Positions 29,693-40,354 are shown, counted from the stretch's first letter. The stretch: 64,000 bases of DNA from Candidatus Kapaibacterium sp. (GCA_963664875.1 OY761611.1:160001-224000), one strand, 5' to 3'. The notes: generated by a model from the letters alone, not told the origin. Numbers and translations: made by a program.

Positions 29693-30853
29693 ATGCTAAA
29701 TTCAAAGCAAATAGATTTTATAAAAACCAATTTAGAAATTCCTGCATCAGAGCTTGCATTAAGGCATAATCACGATGCAGAGTTTCGCTTAGCAGTTGCT
29801 CAAATCGCAGCACGACAGAAAATCAGAGATAAACTTCCAACATTTTATTCAAATTTAGAGCTTCTACTTCCTACTTCTATTCCATTAGAGCAGGCTTCTT
29901 CAGAACTAACCGCAAGGTATAAATCAGAAATTATTTCTTTTACAACTTCTGTTGATTTGACCGGTGGCTTGGGAATAGATAGTATTTATTTGGCAATGAG
30001 AGCTAAGAGTCACCACTATATAGAGCAAAATCAAGAACTATATAGTATATTTATGTCTAATCTATCAGAATTAGCAATTAATAACGTAGTCTGTATAAAT
30101 GATGATAGTATAAAATGGATAAAAGAGCAGAATTCCATCCCTGATTTGATTTATCTTGACCCTGCGAGAAGAGGTAAAGGCGGAAATAAAACTTATTTCC
30201 TCGAAGATACCGAACCAAATCCGATAGAAATAATAAAAAATGTGAAGCATAATTACAAGTATGCTCTAATAAAAACATCTCCAATGCTCGATATTACCAA
30301 AGCAATATCGCAACTCGAAGAAGTAAGAGAAGTGCATATAGTATCTGTAAAAAATGAATGCAAGGAGTTATTGTTTTTGTTAGAAAAGGACTACATCGGC
30401 GATATTCGTTACCACACAGTAAATTTTGAAAACAATTCATCAAAAAAAGAGATTTTGTTTTTGGAAAACACAGGAACAATTCAATTCTCTGAGCCAAAAA
30501 AGTATATTTATGAAGCAAATGCATCAATCAATAAACTCGGATTTTGGAATAGTCTTGCTTCAAGGTATTCACTTTCTGCTTTGGATAGCAATACTCATAT
30601 ATTCACATCTGATAATTTGATAAGTGACTTTCCGGGAAGAATTTTTACCTTAGACTCAATAACAAAAATAAACAGGAAAGAAATAAGCAAAGCCATCCCA
30701 TGTGGCAAGGCAAATATTTCAATCAAAAATGTGCCGATAGATATTAATATCTTAAAAAAGAAAACCGCCCTCACGGAAGGCGGTGATATGTTTTTATATG
30801 TCGTAAAATCAAAGTTTTTAGGTAATATCTGCTTGGTTTGCAGGAAAGCCTAA
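29693..30853 (+). CDS. Class I SAM-dependent methyltransferase with THUMP-like C-terminus
   Basis: LEQASSE, DLTGGLGID, YLDPARR, KTSPMLDI, FPGRIF. Confidence 0.82.
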   Translation: MLNSKQIDFIKTNLEIPASELALRHNHDAEFRLAVAQIAARQKIRDKLPTFYSNLELLLPTSIPLEQASSELTARYKSEIISFTTSVDLTGGLGIDSIYLAMRAKSHHYIEQNQELYSIFMSNLSELAINNVVCINDDSIKWIKEQNSIPDLIYLDPARRGKGGNKTYFLEDTEPNPIEIIKNVKHNYKYALIKTSPMLDITKAISQLEEVREVHIVSVKNECKELLFLLEKDYIGDIRYHTVNFENNSSKKEILFLENTGTIQFSEPKKYIYEANASINKLGFWNSLASRYSLSALDSNTHIFTSDNLISDFPGRIFTLDSITKINRKEISKAIPCGKANISIKNVPIDINILKKKTALTEGGDMFLYVVKSKFLGNICLVCRKA

Positions 30854-31776
30854 GCTAAAAAATCCGGTAGGTTCACCGGAATGCTTTTGGGCTCAGCAAG
30901 AGCTAATTCAATCAAATATTCAGCAGTTACATCTGTAAGCCAATCGAAGTTAATGTCTTTTAAAAATTCTTTGTCTGCATTTGGATTCGGATTTAGACAA
31001 TCCATCACATAAATCTGACCATTTTTTACTGCAATCTCGATTGCATTAAAGTCAAATCCTAAAGATTTGCACAACCTAATGCAAACATCTGAAATTTCTG
31101 CTTTTAAACTTGCTTCAATATGAGGTTCTTCAGGAGAATATCTCAAATGCATAGGCTGTTCAGGGAAATAGGTCATAATTTTTGTATGCTTGAATCCGAC
31201 TGTATAAACACGGAAGTAACTGTCATACTCTATAGCTTCCTGCACAATCATCAGTTTTTGACCGGTAAGATCATAAGTTGAAAAAAACTCGTTGGGGTTA
31301 TAAACTTTATACGACGTAAACGCACCTGTCCCTAAATTAGGTTTAATAATACAAGGGAAGCCGACATAGTCGAAAACATAATCCCAATCCAGAGGATATT
31401 CGAGGTTTCTCATTGTTGCAGGACCGGTTCCTTCAGGCATTTCTTTACTTGGGATAATTGCAGTTTTAGGTACTTTGATGCCCAAATGTTGAGCTAATAC
31501 TGCGTTGAAGAAATTGTCATCTGCACATTTCCAAAATGGGTTATTGACAATATGAGAGCCATGAAGAGCAGCGAGTTTCAATATGCTGCGATAATAAGGA
31601 ACGGCATTTGAAACTCTGTCAAAAAGTACACTGTATCGGGGAAGCTGATCTATTCTTACAGCTCCGACAACTATAGATTCTGCTAATACTCGAGATGGAG
31701 CTAGAGTATTTATTTTTTCAATCAGCGTTTGCGGAAAATTCTTTTCATTGCCGAATAAAATGCCTATTTTTTTCAT
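30850..31776 (-). CDS. RimK-like ATP-grasp protein
   Basis: VNNPFW, VPKT, VGFPCIIKP, VQEAI, DCLNPNP. Confidence 0.8.
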   Translation of the reverse strand: MKKIGILFGNEKNFPQTLIEKINTLAPSRVLAESIVVGAVRIDQLPRYSVLFDRVSNAVPYYRSILKLAALHGSHIVNNPFWKCADDNFFNAVLAQHLGIKVPKTAIIPSKEMPEGTGPATMRNLEYPLDWDYVFDYVGFPCIIKPNLGTGAFTSYKVYNPNEFFSTYDLTGQKLMIVQEAIEYDSYFRVYTVGFKHTKIMTYFPEQPMHLRYSPEEPHIEASLKAEISDVCIRLCKSLGFDFNAIEIAVKNGQIYVMDCLNPNPNADKEFLKDINFDWLTDVTAEYLIELALAEPKSIPVNLPDFLA

Positions 31777-31895
31777 ATCTCACCGCGATTAAGGAATAAT
31801 TGTTGACTACAAATAAAAGCGAAATCAAATTTGCTGAAATTACTTATTTTGATATAGTATTTTTGACGTAGATAAACTAACAATCATTTGATACT

Positions 31896-32525
31896 ATGAA
31901 AGATATTCTTATTAAAGTAGAAAATATCTCTATGGATTATTTAGGGCAAAATTTGTTCCATAATCTATCCTTTGAGCTAAAAAAAGGGGAAAAACTTGCA
32001 ATAAAAGGTCCATCAGGTTGTGGGAAATCAACAATACTCAATATGCTTTGTGGATTTGAAAGACCAACTGCAGGCAATATTTTTATCTATGGACAAAATG
32101 TAGTTTCGCAAAGCGATATAGGAAGGAAGTATTGCTCATGGTTGCCTCAGGATTTGAATTTTGCTGATGATGATAAAGTTGAAGACATCATACTTTTCCC
32201 TTTTTCTTTTAAAGCAAATAAGCAAAAACAGATTGATTTGAAAATGATACAAGAACAATTTGACTTGTTGGGTCTTAAAAAGGAACTTCTGTCTAATAGA
32301 TATATTGATTTGTCAGGAGGAGAAAAGCAAAGAGTAGGGATCCTGATTTGTAAGTTGTTAGATTCTGAAATAATGCTGCTTGATGAGCCGACCTCTGCTC
32401 TTGACCGTAGCTCTGTTGATAAAGTTATTGATTATTTGCTTAGAGACCACCATTTAACAATCGTATCTGTATCTCATGACGAAAGATGGTGCAGAGAATG
32501 TTCAAAAATTGTAGAGATAATCTAA
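31896..32525 (+). CDS. ABC ATP-binding protein, FetA/YbbL-like
   Basis: GPSGCGKS, LSGGEKQR, LLDEPTSALD. Confidence 0.85.
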   Translation: MKDILIKVENISMDYLGQNLFHNLSFELKKGEKLAIKGPSGCGKSTILNMLCGFERPTAGNIFIYGQNVVSQSDIGRKYCSWLPQDLNFADDDKVEDIILFPFSFKANKQKQIDLKMIQEQFDLLGLKKELLSNRYIDLSGGEKQRVGILICKLLDSEIMLLDEPTSALDRSSVDKVIDYLLRDHHLTIVSVSHDERWCRECSKIVEII

Positions 32526-33274
32526 TGATTGATATTAGTTGGATAGATGTTCTTACGGTATCAGGGATATTGCTAATCCCAATATTTATATTGGCTTACT
32601 ACAAAACCGGGCAACTTAAGACAATGGGGTGGTCGTTTTTAAGAATGACTTTACAGCTTTCGTTGGTAGGGTTTTATTTAGAATATATTTTTGAAATTGA
32701 TTCTGTTGCTATCAATCTGGCATGGGTCTTTCTTATGATAATAGCTGCAGGATTCACAATTACCAAAAGAAGCGATATAAGCCTGTCGCGGTATTATCTT
32801 CCGGTTACTGCAGGCATTATTGTTAATGTCTTAATTAATGGTCTTGTATTCGCATTTTTTATATTTGAGGATAACACATTTTTTTCTGCAAGGTATATTA
32901 TACCGGTCATGGGGATGGTAATAGGTAATACTTTGAATACTGCCATTGTTGCAATTAGAGCTTACTTTAGTTCTCTTAAAAAAGAACGGCAAAAGTATAG
33001 ATATTATCTGATGCTCGGAGCGAGCGAAAATGAAGCATTATATAAGTTTAGTTCTGAAGCTATGAAGATAGCTTTTAGTCCTATGTTAGCTTCTGTTGCT
33101 ACTATGGGACTAATATGGCTACCCGGCATGATGACAGGACAAATCTTAGGTGGAAGCAATCCACTTACTGCAATCAAGTATCAATTTTTGATAATGATAG
33201 CAATTTTTACCGGCAGTGTTATTACAGTAGCTGTAACATTGAATATTGCACAAACGATGCAAAATAAGCTATAG
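32525..33274 (+). CDS. ABC permease, FetB/YbbM (UPF0014)-like
   Basis: RMTLQL, IPVMGMVIGN, LPGMMTGQILGGSNPLTAIKYQ; start coupled to upstream stop. Confidence 0.88.
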   Translation: MIDISWIDVLTVSGILLIPIFILAYYKTGQLKTMGWSFLRMTLQLSLVGFYLEYIFEIDSVAINLAWVFLMIIAAGFTITKRSDISLSRYYLPVTAGIIVNVLINGLVFAFFIFEDNTFFSARYIIPVMGMVIGNTLNTAIVAIRAYFSSLKKERQKYRYYLMLGASENEALYKFSSEAMKIAFSPMLASVATMGLIWLPGMMTGQILGGSNPLTAIKYQFLIMIAIFTGSVITVAVTLNIAQTMQNKL

Positions 33275-33279
33275 GCACA

Positions 33280-33933
33280 CTAAAATATTCTTGACTTATA
33301 TTCTTGGCCTAATTCTACAAGTTCATTCAAAATCATTGCAGTTGCTCCCCACAGAGGAACTGTATGATGAATATTCCAAAACGGGACATCTACTTTAATT
33401 CCGTCAAAATCCCATACTTCTTTCTTGTAATTGCTCGAATCAAAAAAAGAATCAAAATCTATTTCAAACACTTCTTCGACCTCGTCTTCACTCAAAACAA
33501 CGGAGTAATTATTACTTATAAGTCCTACAATAGGAGTAATGACTGAATTGGAGGGAGGTACAAAAAGCGAAGAAAGTCTCCCTAATATTTTGACATTTGA
33601 ATAAGGAATACCAACTTCTTCCTTTGTTTCTCTGAGGGCAGTCATTTCAGGTGTTTCACCTAAATCGGCTCTACCACCCGGAAAGCTAATCTGACCGCTA
33701 TGATTTTTTAGTTTATTGCTTCTCAAAGTAAATAAAATTCGTAAATTGTTGCCATTACGAATTAAAGGTATTAGTACCGCACTGTTTTTTGCATTATAAT
33801 CCGGTTTAAACTTCCGGAATGGTTTGCCATCAATAACAGGTGCCATTTTCAAATGCGCATTGTGAGCAGGTAATTCTTGACGTAACCTTTGTTCTAAAAA
33901 ATTTTCAAAATCTATAAAATACATTGTACTCAT
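33280..33933 (-). CDS. CoA pyrophosphatase (NudL-like Nudix)
   Basis: SAVLIPL, HSGQISFPGG, ALRETKEEVG, WGATA. Confidence 0.9.
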   Translation of the reverse strand: MSTMYFIDFENFLEQRLRQELPAHNAHLKMAPVIDGKPFRKFKPDYNAKNSAVLIPLIRNGNNLRILFTLRSNKLKNHSGQISFPGGRADLGETPEMTALRETKEEVGIPYSNVKILGRLSSLFVPPSNSVITPIVGLISNNYSVVLSEDEVEEVFEIDFDSFFDSSNYKKEVWDFDGIKVDVPFWNIHHTVPLWGATAMILNELVELGQEYKSRIF

Positions 33934-33949
33934 CAGAAGAATTGATAAT

Positions 33950-34279
33950 ATGCAAAATAAAGATTTTTATTTAAGTGTTTATGAAATTGTTGCGAAAATT
34001 CCTGTTGGAAAAGTAACCAGCTATGGAGCTATTGCAAAAGCACTTGGAATCGGTATGTCTGCAAGGATGGTTGGATTTGCTCTAAACGCAGCCAAAGACC
34101 GTACAGATTTGCCTTGCCACAGGGTAGTAAATAGATTAGGTGAGCTAACAGGTAAACTCGCATTTCCGTATCCTACATTTATGCGTGAGCTTTTAGAGCA
34201 GGAAGGAATTTCATTTGTCGGAGAAGCCGTAGATATGAAAAAGCATTTTTGGGACGACTTCTCTATACCTGAGGAATGA
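33950..34279 (+). CDS. MGMT/ATL-family alkyl-DNA binding protein
   Basis: IPVGKVTSYG, ARMVG, PCHRVVN. Confidence 0.88.
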   Translation: MQNKDFYLSVYEIVAKIPVGKVTSYGAIAKALGIGMSARMVGFALNAAKDRTDLPCHRVVNRLGELTGKLAFPYPTFMRELLEQEGISFVGEAVDMKKHFWDDFSIPEE

Positions 34280-36338
34280 CTATTTTGAAAGTAGTACCTT
34301 TTCCGATACTGCTTTCAACTTCAATAGTACCATTGTGTCTATCAATAAACTCTTTCACCATAACAAGCCCAATACCTGTGCCTGATTCAGCACGAGTACC
34401 TTTTGTCGATATTTTTTGTCCCAAATCAAACAATTTATTTTTGATTGATTCCTCCATTCCTATACCGGTATCTGCGACAAAGATGACTAATTCATTTTTG
34501 TTCTTTAAAGCAGAAACAGAGACAAAACCACCGGAGTCAGTGAATTTTATAGAGTTTGAAACAAGATTTCTGATAATAGTACTAAGCATGTTCCGATCGG
34601 CAGAAATATAAAACTCGGGAGTTATTTCATTTTTAATAGTTAGACCTTTTTTCTTCGCATTTTCTTTGAATAGATATTCTATAGTTAAAGTAATTTCGTA
34701 TAGGTCAACCAATTCCGGATTGAATTCCATTCGCCCTGTTTGCGAGCGTGCCCAATCAAGCAAATTATCTAAAAGTGACAGTAACTTTTCTGCAGATGAA
34801 TATAAGTCATCAATAGAATCAGAAATCTCTTCCTGACTGAGCTCGTCCAATCGAAATTTAAGGAATGAAGTAATTCCATGGAATACGCTTAGCGGATTTT
34901 TCAAATCATGGGCAATAATCGAGAAGAATTTATCCTTAACAGAGTTCATTTGAGTTAGTCGCTGTTCTGATTGCAATAGCTTATCGTTCAGTTCCAGAGT
35001 TTTTGTTGCTTCATAAGCTATGTCGTTTCTTGCCTGATTGAGCTCTTCTATTAGATTTTCGAGTTCAGTTTGTTTGTTGCATTGTTCTGTGATATTAAAC
35101 ATTACAAGTATGTAACTTATTTGAGAATTTTTGTAAACAGGTCTTATATATATTTTATAGATTTCACTCATTAGGTTGATTTCGAAAACTCTAATTTCCT
35201 TATTATGTGCTGAATTGGAAAGAGCAAATATATGTTCTTTCATGTTATCCGGTAATTTGTAAAATTTGTTGCCATTCTTATCAAAAAGAGAAAATATTGT
35301 GTCAAATTGTAGATTTGCAAGTGTAACTTCAGCTGACGGTCCTATTTGAGCTACAGGACTTGGTATCGCGTTAAGTAGCTGAGCCAAAAACTGATTACTT
35401 GCTTCAATCTCCAGTTTATATCTCGCTTTTTCGTCTATATCACGAACAATAGCTAAAATATATGATTTGTCTTCGAGTGGGAGTAAACTTAAAGATACTT
35501 CTGCTTCGAAAATTTCACCGTTGAATCTCTTATGTTGCCATTGGAAATGCTGTTTAATTCCTTCTTTTGCAGCTCTGATTTTTTTAATTGCCATGGCTTT
35601 AGAAAGTTCACCGTCTGACTGTCTTTCGGGAGATAACTTGTAAGGTTCCTGTTTCAAAATTTGCTGTTTTGAGCAGGCAAATATTTCTAAAGTACGTTGA
35701 TTGCAATCTACAAATTGGTTACCGTCCATAATAAATATTGCGTCGCCTGCGTGCTCAAAAAGGCTTCTATAGAGTATTTCATTTTCTTTAAGTTTCTTTT
35801 CTGTTCGTTTTCTTAGCGTAACATCTCTAAAAATAGACAGAATAGCTCCCTTGTTCTTATATAAAATATGAGTCAAGGACATCTCTATAAATTTAATATC
35901 ACCCCAGCCTAAATCGAACTCTGTCTCAATGAAAGCAGAGGAGTCTATATCTTTTAGAACACTTTCGTTTATGTCAATAAATTCTGAGCTTGCTCTTTCA
36001 GAAATAAAATCTTGAAGGTTTTTGTCGAGGCAACTAATTTTGCTTCTTTCCAAAATTGAAGCTGCAGAATCATTGACAAATACTATCTGATTGTCAACAC
36101 AAATCACAATCCCATCATTCGAGCGTTCTACAACCCTCTTATAATCAGATTGTAGGTTGGTCATCTCAGCATTCGATACTCTTAGATACTCCATTTCTAA
36201 AAGCAAAGATTCTGCCTTCGCTTTTAGATTCCTATACTTAAAATAATAGTAGTACAAGGCTATTACAATGCTGAAAAGCAATAAAAGCCACACTATTTGG
36301 AGTGGATCCAACTCTAATATTTTTTGTATTTCTATCAT
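34263..36338 (-). CDS. Membrane-anchored PAS sensor histidine kinase
   Basis: One TM, PAS domains, IAHDLKNP, NSIKF, GTGIGL. Confidence 0.92.
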   Translation of the reverse strand: MIEIQKILELDPLQIVWLLLLFSIVIALYYYYFKYRNLKAKAESLLLEMEYLRVSNAEMTNLQSDYKRVVERSNDGIVICVDNQIVFVNDSAASILERSKISCLDKNLQDFISERASSEFIDINESVLKDIDSSAFIETEFDLGWGDIKFIEMSLTHILYKNKGAILSIFRDVTLRKRTEKKLKENEILYRSLFEHAGDAIFIMDGNQFVDCNQRTLEIFACSKQQILKQEPYKLSPERQSDGELSKAMAIKKIRAAKEGIKQHFQWQHKRFNGEIFEAEVSLSLLPLEDKSYILAIVRDIDEKARYKLEIEASNQFLAQLLNAIPSPVAQIGPSAEVTLANLQFDTIFSLFDKNGNKFYKLPDNMKEHIFALSNSAHNKEIRVFEINLMSEIYKIYIRPVYKNSQISYILVMFNITEQCNKQTELENLIEELNQARNDIAYEATKTLELNDKLLQSEQRLTQMNSVKDKFFSIIAHDLKNPLSVFHGITSFLKFRLDELSQEEISDSIDDLYSSAEKLLSLLDNLLDWARSQTGRMEFNPELVDLYEITLTIEYLFKENAKKKGLTIKNEITPEFYISADRNMLSTIIRNLVSNSIKFTDSGGFVSVSALKNKNELVIFVADTGIGMEESIKNKLFDLGQKISTKGTRAESGTGIGLVMVKEFIDRHNGTIEVESSIGKGTTFKIVIPQV

Positions 36339-36382
36339 GCAAAAGTGGACGGATTAACTCGTATTTTAATTGCTACTAAAAA

Positions 36383-36434
36383 TGTGGAAAACTCTGTTGA
36401 AAACCATGCAGGCATGTTGATAACTTGTGTAAAA
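36383..36434 (-). promoter_or_regulatory. Cluster of four DnaA-box-like 9-mers
   Basis: TGTGGAAAA (36383), TGTTGAAAA (36395), TGTTGATAA (36415), TGTGTAAAA (36426); reverse complements match or nearly match TT(A/T)TNCACA. Confidence 0.55.
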
Positions 36435-36653
36435 TAAACAATAGTAAATGAATAATTTAGAATATGTTTTTGAGTTATAGAAACTTAGACAAATACACAA
36501 GAAAAAACAACCCTGAATTGATCAGCCAAAAGTTTGCTAAAAAAAGCATTATTAAATACTTATAAGACCCAAATTACTAAACTTCTTTGTAAATTGTACG
36601 TTTAGACAGTTTAGAAAAACACTATATTTTTTTCAAATACACAGGTCAGTGTC

Positions 36654-38003
36654 ATGCGTAATTTACAGATTACTCACAGCCTACTCAAAAGATTATCGAT
36701 GCTTTTTGCTTTTATGGTGATTAGCACAGTAAGTCTTTTTAGCCAGGCTAATCCAATCAAATTTGTTGAGGAAGACTTGAGCAATGGTCTTCATGTTATT
36801 TACTCAATAGACAAAAGTGCTCCGGTAGTATCTACTGTGTTGCACTATAGAGTTGGCTCAAAAGATGAAAACCCAAATCTTACAGGCTTTGCTCACTTTT
36901 TTGAACACTTAATGTTCGAATCGACTGATGAAATACCAAGAGCAAGTATGGATAAATATATCCAGGAAGCCGGTGGTATTTTAAATGCTCATACTTCATT
37001 TGACGAAACAGTATATAAATTTACTGTTCCTTCTCACCAAATCAAGCTCGCTTTGTGGATAGAATCATCAAGGATGAGACAGCTACAGGTTGGTGAAATT
37101 GGTGTTGAAACACAGAGAGGTGTTGTTTTAGAAGAAAAGAAAAATAGAAACGATAACTCGCCTTATGGAACTTGGATGGAAAAAATGTTTTATAATGTCT
37201 TCAAAGGTGGCAATTACTCTTGGGTGCCAATCGGAGACGCAGAACATATTAAAAAAGCTACAATCGAAGATTTCCAAAAATTTTATAACAATTTTTATAA
37301 ACCAAATAACGGTACTTTAGTTATTGTAGGTGATTTTGATCTCGAAGAAACAAAACAATATGTAAGAGCTTACTTTGGTCGCTACGAAAAAGGTGCAGAT
37401 CCGGTACGCTCAGAATTTAAACTTCCACCGATGGATGGTCCTTACAGAGAAACTGTTGAAGATAACAAAGCTCAGCTTCCTGCTGCATTTATGGGACTTA
37501 GAGGTCCTAAAATGGGTGAACAGGATTACTATGCTCTTTCACTGTTAGGTGATATTTTGGGTGCTGGAGAATCTTCAAGATTTTACAGAGAATTAGTTGA
37601 AAAACAAATTGCTTTGCAGGCAGTTATGCAGCCTATGGCTTTAGAAAATGCCGGTATTATTTATATGGTAGGTATTCCTGCTCAAGGTAAAGAGCTAAAA
37701 GATGTGGAAGCTGCTATGATGGCAGAAATCCAAAAAGTTATTGATAACGGCGTTACAGATGAAGAATTCCAAAAAGCAAGAAACATCAAAGAAGCATCTT
37801 CTGTAAGTGGCAAAAAAGAAACTGAAGAAAAAGCTATGGCTTTAGCTCAGTACTATAGCTACTATGGCGATGCAAGCCTTATCAATAAAGAATTAGATAA
37901 CTATATGAAAGTAACAAAAGCAGATATACAAAAAGTTGCTAAAAAATATCTTGGCACTCCAAATAGAGTTACTTTAGAATACATCCCTGCAAAAGGCGAA
38001 TAG
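36654..38003 (+). CDS. M16B peptidase, catalytic subunit, exported
   Basis: GFAHFFEHLMF (HxxEH); signal peptide. Confidence 0.9.
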   Translation: MRNLQITHSLLKRLSMLFAFMVISTVSLFSQANPIKFVEEDLSNGLHVIYSIDKSAPVVSTVLHYRVGSKDENPNLTGFAHFFEHLMFESTDEIPRASMDKYIQEAGGILNAHTSFDETVYKFTVPSHQIKLALWIESSRMRQLQVGEIGVETQRGVVLEEKKNRNDNSPYGTWMEKMFYNVFKGGNYSWVPIGDAEHIKKATIEDFQKFYNNFYKPNNGTLVIVGDFDLEETKQYVRAYFGRYEKGADPVRSEFKLPPMDGPYRETVEDNKAQLPAAFMGLRGPKMGEQDYYALSLLGDILGAGESSRFYRELVEKQIALQAVMQPMALENAGIIYMVGIPAQGKELKDVEAAMMAEIQKVIDNGVTDEEFQKARNIKEASSVSGKKETEEKAMALAQYYSYYGDASLINKELDNYMKVTKADIQKVAKKYLGTPNRVTLEYIPAKGE

Positions 38004-38041
38004 TTTTTCACTAAAATCAAAATAAAATAGGACTTCATAAA

Positions 38042-40099
38042 ATGAAAAAAATTCTCAGTTTATTAGTTATGATATTTATGGCAGCTCAGATGATAGTTGC
38101 TCAGGATATCGATCCGACTAAAAGACCTGAACCTTTGAAAGGTAAAGATTTTAAATTCCCGGAATATACTACTAAAACACTTTCTAATGGTGTAAAAGTA
38201 TTTATAATAGAAGACCACGAACAACCAACAATTTCATTCAGCCTTTTGATTCCTGGTGGCTCAGCTGTACAAGGGAAAAAAGCGGGTTTAGCTGATTTCA
38301 TGACATCTCTGCTCACAAAAGGTACAAAAACGAAATCAGCCTTGGATATAGCCCAAAAAATGGATGGAATTGGTGCCGGAGTAGGGGCAGGTTCATCTGC
38401 TGACTACTTCACATTGTCCGGTGGTGGTCTTACGAAACACATTGATCCGATTTTAGAAGTTATGGCTGATGTTTTAATCAATCCTACTTTCCCTCAAGAA
38501 GAGTTCGATAAATTGTTACCTCAGTTTATTCAATCTCTAGAATCTGAAAAAGCAAATTCAGGAAGTATCGCTAGTGCTCTTACTAGAATTGCTTTGTATG
38601 GTGAGCATCATCCTTACGCAATCAAAGAAACAAAAGAGTCTTTGGAGTCTATCAAAATTGCTGACATCAAAGAACTTTACAGAACTTGGATGAAACCAAA
38701 TAATGCTACAATGACTGTAATTGGTGATGTTAAAGCTGATGAAATCGTTAAAAAATTAGAAAATGCTTTCAAAAACTGGGAAAAAGGTTTTGTACCGGAA
38801 ATCTTGATTCCAAAAGCACAACCAATGCCTAAAGGTGTATATTTTGTAAATCGTCCGGGTTCAGTGCAATCTTCCGTAATTGTTGCAACTCCTGCTATAC
38901 CTTATGCACATGAAGATTATGATGCAGCAGATTTTGCATCAAGAATCATCGGTACAGGTTTTGGCGGTCGTTTGTTCCGTACTCTTAGAGAAACTCACTC
39001 ATATACATATACTCCGTTCGGTTACATGACCGGAAGCAAATATGTAAATAGATTTGCATGTGGTGCTGATGTTCGTTCTTCTGTTACTGATTCTGCTATC
39101 GTAGTTATCAATGAACAATTGCAGGACTTATGCACTAACCCTGCAAGTGAAGAAGAGCTTACAAGATTGAAAAACTTCAGAGTAGGTACTTTCTTAATGG
39201 CTTTTGAAAGTGCAGGTACAATGGCTGGTCTTGTTCAAAGAGCAGATTTCATGGGTGTACCTATGAGCCGTTTCGAAAACTATCCTAAATTTATCATGGA
39301 TTTAGCTCCTGAAAAAATCAGAGACGTTGCAAACAAATATATGAATCCCAAAGATGAGTATATCATTGTTGTAGGCGATCCTGAAGTAAAAGAAAAACTT
39401 GCAAAATTCGGAAAAATCTACGAATATGATTTAGACCTCAAACCGGTCAAAACTGAAACAGTTTCTATTAAACCGGAAGAACTTGTTGCAAATTATGTAA
39501 AAGCTCTTGGTGGACAGGATAAATTAGATGCTGTCAAATCTGTTAAAATGGTTGGCAAAACAACTCAGCAAGGTCCACAAGGTCCAATTACTATAAAATT
39601 GGAACAAGTTACTACTAAAGATAAAAAACAGTATTTATTGCAAGATGCAGGTATGTTTGGAAAAATGACTATTATGATGACAGATGGTCAAAAAGCATGG
39701 GAACCAAGCCGCACTGTTCGTGGTAAAATGGATGAAGTTCCAGCAGAAAAAGCAAAAGAAATGATTGACGGAGTAGAAATCTTTGACGCAGTTAACTTGG
39801 CAAAAAATATTGCAAATTTAACTGTCAAAGGCAAACAAGGTAATCAGATAGTAGTAGAAGAGCAAAATCCGGATGGTAAAAAATCTTACTACTATTTCAA
39901 TGCTGAAACATATTTATTAGAAAAAACTGAGACAGCAACTGAAATGGGTAGTCAAACCATGGAAATGAAAAACTACAAAGACTTTGGTGGTATATTGTTC
40001 CCATCTATCCTTATTCAAAAAATGGGTCCACAATCTATGGAGTTTGAATCAGAATACGAACTTAATGTGAAAGTAGAAGAAAGTATGTTTAGACCATAA
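38042..40099 (+). CDS. M16B peptidase non-catalytic partner with extra C-terminal domain
   Basis: No HxxEH; RLFRTLRE...YTY motif; ~215 aa extension starting NYVKALGG. Confidence 0.85.
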   Translation: MKKILSLLVMIFMAAQMIVAQDIDPTKRPEPLKGKDFKFPEYTTKTLSNGVKVFIIEDHEQPTISFSLLIPGGSAVQGKKAGLADFMTSLLTKGTKTKSALDIAQKMDGIGAGVGAGSSADYFTLSGGGLTKHIDPILEVMADVLINPTFPQEEFDKLLPQFIQSLESEKANSGSIASALTRIALYGEHHPYAIKETKESLESIKIADIKELYRTWMKPNNATMTVIGDVKADEIVKKLENAFKNWEKGFVPEILIPKAQPMPKGVYFVNRPGSVQSSVIVATPAIPYAHEDYDAADFASRIIGTGFGGRLFRTLRETHSYTYTPFGYMTGSKYVNRFACGADVRSSVTDSAIVVINEQLQDLCTNPASEEELTRLKNFRVGTFLMAFESAGTMAGLVQRADFMGVPMSRFENYPKFIMDLAPEKIRDVANKYMNPKDEYIIVVGDPEVKEKLAKFGKIYEYDLDLKPVKTETVSIKPEELVANYVKALGGQDKLDAVKSVKMVGKTTQQGPQGPITIKLEQVTTKDKKQYLLQDAGMFGKMTIMMTDGQKAWEPSRTVRGKMDEVPAEKAKEMIDGVEIFDAVNLAKNIANLTVKGKQGNQIVVEEQNPDGKKSYYYFNAETYLLEKTETATEMGSQTMEMKNYKDFGGILFPSILIQKMGPQSMEFESEYELNVKVEESMFRP

Positions 40100-40135
40100 A
40101 CATCGAATTCCATTTATTTCTTAAATATACTTTTT

Positions 40136-40175
40136 AACACACAGTGCTTTATGAAAAACACTGTGTGTTTTTTTT
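40136..40175 (+). terminator. Intrinsic terminator
   Basis: AACACACAGTG...CACTGTGTGTT + T-run. Confidence 0.8.
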
Positions 40176-40354
40176 ACACATAATTTTTGCTTTCAACTGG
40201 GATTAGTTTTTAGATCTATATAATACTCGGTACCATTTTATTTGGCACACTCCCAAAAAGAGGGGATTAAGCAAAAAGTTTCACAATTCTGAACAAGAAA
40301 AATTTAAGACAAAAACAAGGCTGCAAGCATCAAATATATTAGCCCGGGGCAAAT

